A stretch of 55,952 bases of DNA from positions 1 through 55,952 of IMG/VR virus record IMGVR_UViG_3300013099_000023; one strand, written 5' to 3'. A model generated the notes under the pieces. That model saw only the letters and a list, made by a program, of their open reading frames with translations. It made no database searches and was not told where the DNA came from. The translations under genes were made by a program, and so were the position numbers. Every line of letters begins with the position of its first letter. The stretch's first letter is position 1. The DNA is from a virus (Duplodnaviria > Caudoviricetes). Shown here piece by piece: positions 55,032 through 55,952 of the stretch.

Positions 55032-55950
55032 TTAAACTACTCTGTGCGGCTGTAGCATAAACTTTTGTCATTATGCTGTTTAATCTTGTATCGAATCCAG
55101 ATAATTTTTCATTCATAACCATAGCTTGCCTATCCTGAGCTGATATTATATTTCCTATACTACTATCAACTTCATTTATTTGTTTTATTATGTTAGCATT
55201 ATCCAATTGGCTCTGCTCTATAATAGAAGCTACTCTTGAATCTCCAGCAGATGCTTCTATTTTTGTATTTAACATTTCTATATCTGATTCCCTTAAATCT
55301 TTTAAGTTGGTTATTTGAGAATTTAATTCTTCTAGAACTCCTGCTAATTTATCCTCTTTTTCTGCACCAACAGCGTTTGAACCTTCTATACTAATGGAGG
55401 CTAGTTTATTTATAGAAGCATCTAGGCCTGTAGTATCTACCTTAATTCCCTCTGAAGGTAAATCAACTGGTATAGATAACCCTTCTACATTAACTTTTAA
55501 AGCCTCTGTGGGCACTTCTACTGGAACAGATACATCCCCTACATCTACTTTTATAACTGCGCCTTCAGTATCTACAGGTACTTTACTATCCCCTACATCT
55601 ACTTTTACTGTTTTATCTTCTACTTTTAATTCTACAGAAGATAAAGCATCTACTATAGCGTTTTCTATTACTGAAGTATCGATACTTTGTGTGCTAGGTA
55701 TTTTATTTGGTCCTATCTCGCCTCCTTCAGCGTAACTTCTAAAGTTATTAGCCACTGCTCCACCGTTTTTAAAATTCTTAGATACTACCAATTCACCTCT
55801 TTCTAAGAAGTAGTTACCTGTACTACCTACCATACCACCTGTATGTTTACCAGGAGCACTTCCTGTACCGCCAGCTCCTTGAAGCATTTTCATCATTTTC
55901 AGAAACGCTTCATTTCCTTCTCCGCCTAAAGACATTTTAAATTTTGGGCT
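55024..55950 (-). CDS. C-terminal part of a probable tape-measure protein (open to window edge)
   Basis: HTGGMV....L.RGELVV and YAEGG motifs typical of tape-measure C-termini, then helical tail; frame stays open upstream of ATG 55935 (SPKFK-M). Confidence 0.6.
   Translation of the reverse strand, partial: SPKFKMSLGGEGNEAFLKMMKMLQGAGGTGSAPGKHTGGMVGSTGNYFLERGELVVSKNFKNGGAVANNFRSYAEGGEIGPNKIPSTQSIDTSVIENAIVDALSSVELKVEDKTVKVDVGDSKVPVDTEGAVIKVDVGDVSVPVEVPTEALKVNVEGLSIPVDLPSEGIKVDTTGLDASINKLASISIEGSNAVGAEKEDKLAGVLEELNSQITNLKDLRESDIEMLNTKIEASAGDSRVASIIEQSQLDNANIIKQINEVDSSIGNIISAQDRQAMVMNEKLSGFDTRLNSIMTKVYATAAQSSLNG
55430..55615. repeat. 9/18-aa periodic Val-rich repeat
   Basis: ATCCCCTACATCTACTTTTA at 55534 and 55588 (54 bp period); VKVDVGDSKVPVDTEGAVIKVDVGDVSVPVEVPTEALKVNVEGLSIPVD. 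Confidence 0.8.
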
Positions 55951-55952
55951 AC

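Noticed and set aside
837-55735. All plus-strand ORFs in the track (e.g. 837-1148, 31965-32267, 51841-52209, 55394-55735) and the nested minus ORF 4970-5188
   Set aside because: Each lies within or across longer minus-strand genes, is short, and shows antisense-shadow composition without recognisable motifs.
1-55952. Stop-codon reassignment, as in some large phages
   Set aside because: Standard code gives near-complete coverage with ORFs up to 7.6 kb, and TAA, TAG and TGA all terminate genes at tight junctions.

Overview
AT-rich, almost gap-free window in which every credible gene is on the minus strand. It is best read as part of a large tailed bacteriophage genome (bacterial-type DnaB/DnaG/DnaN/RecA, Shine-Dalgarno sites, no ribosomal or metabolic host genes). 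Read in transcription direction (right to left): (i) 16.0-55.95 kb is a ~40 kb virion block, from the C-terminus of a probable tape-measure protein through hub/spike/tube-like genes to many large Ig/LamG/discoidin-domain proteins (up to 2534 aa) built from a small set of reshuffled modules; (ii) 0.7-15.7 kb is a replication/recombination operon behind a sigma70-type promoter: beta clamp, RecA with two inteins, HNH and Vsr-like nucleases, DnaB, primase, SSB, DnaJ, RuvC, PD-(D/E)XK nuclease, GT-B glycosyltransferase and a ThyX-like protein; (iii) a truncated homing-endonuclease-like gene missing from the ORF track at 2-610, behind a structured leader. The most unusual signals are a T-x-S-G motif scattered through unrelated virion proteins (possible glycosylation sequon), a 15-bp motif TAACYTTANWATART in three intergenic gaps of the virion block (candidate late promoter), and the branched RNA leader abutting the RBS of the endonuclease gene. 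All assignments come from reading motifs by eye; no database search was run.
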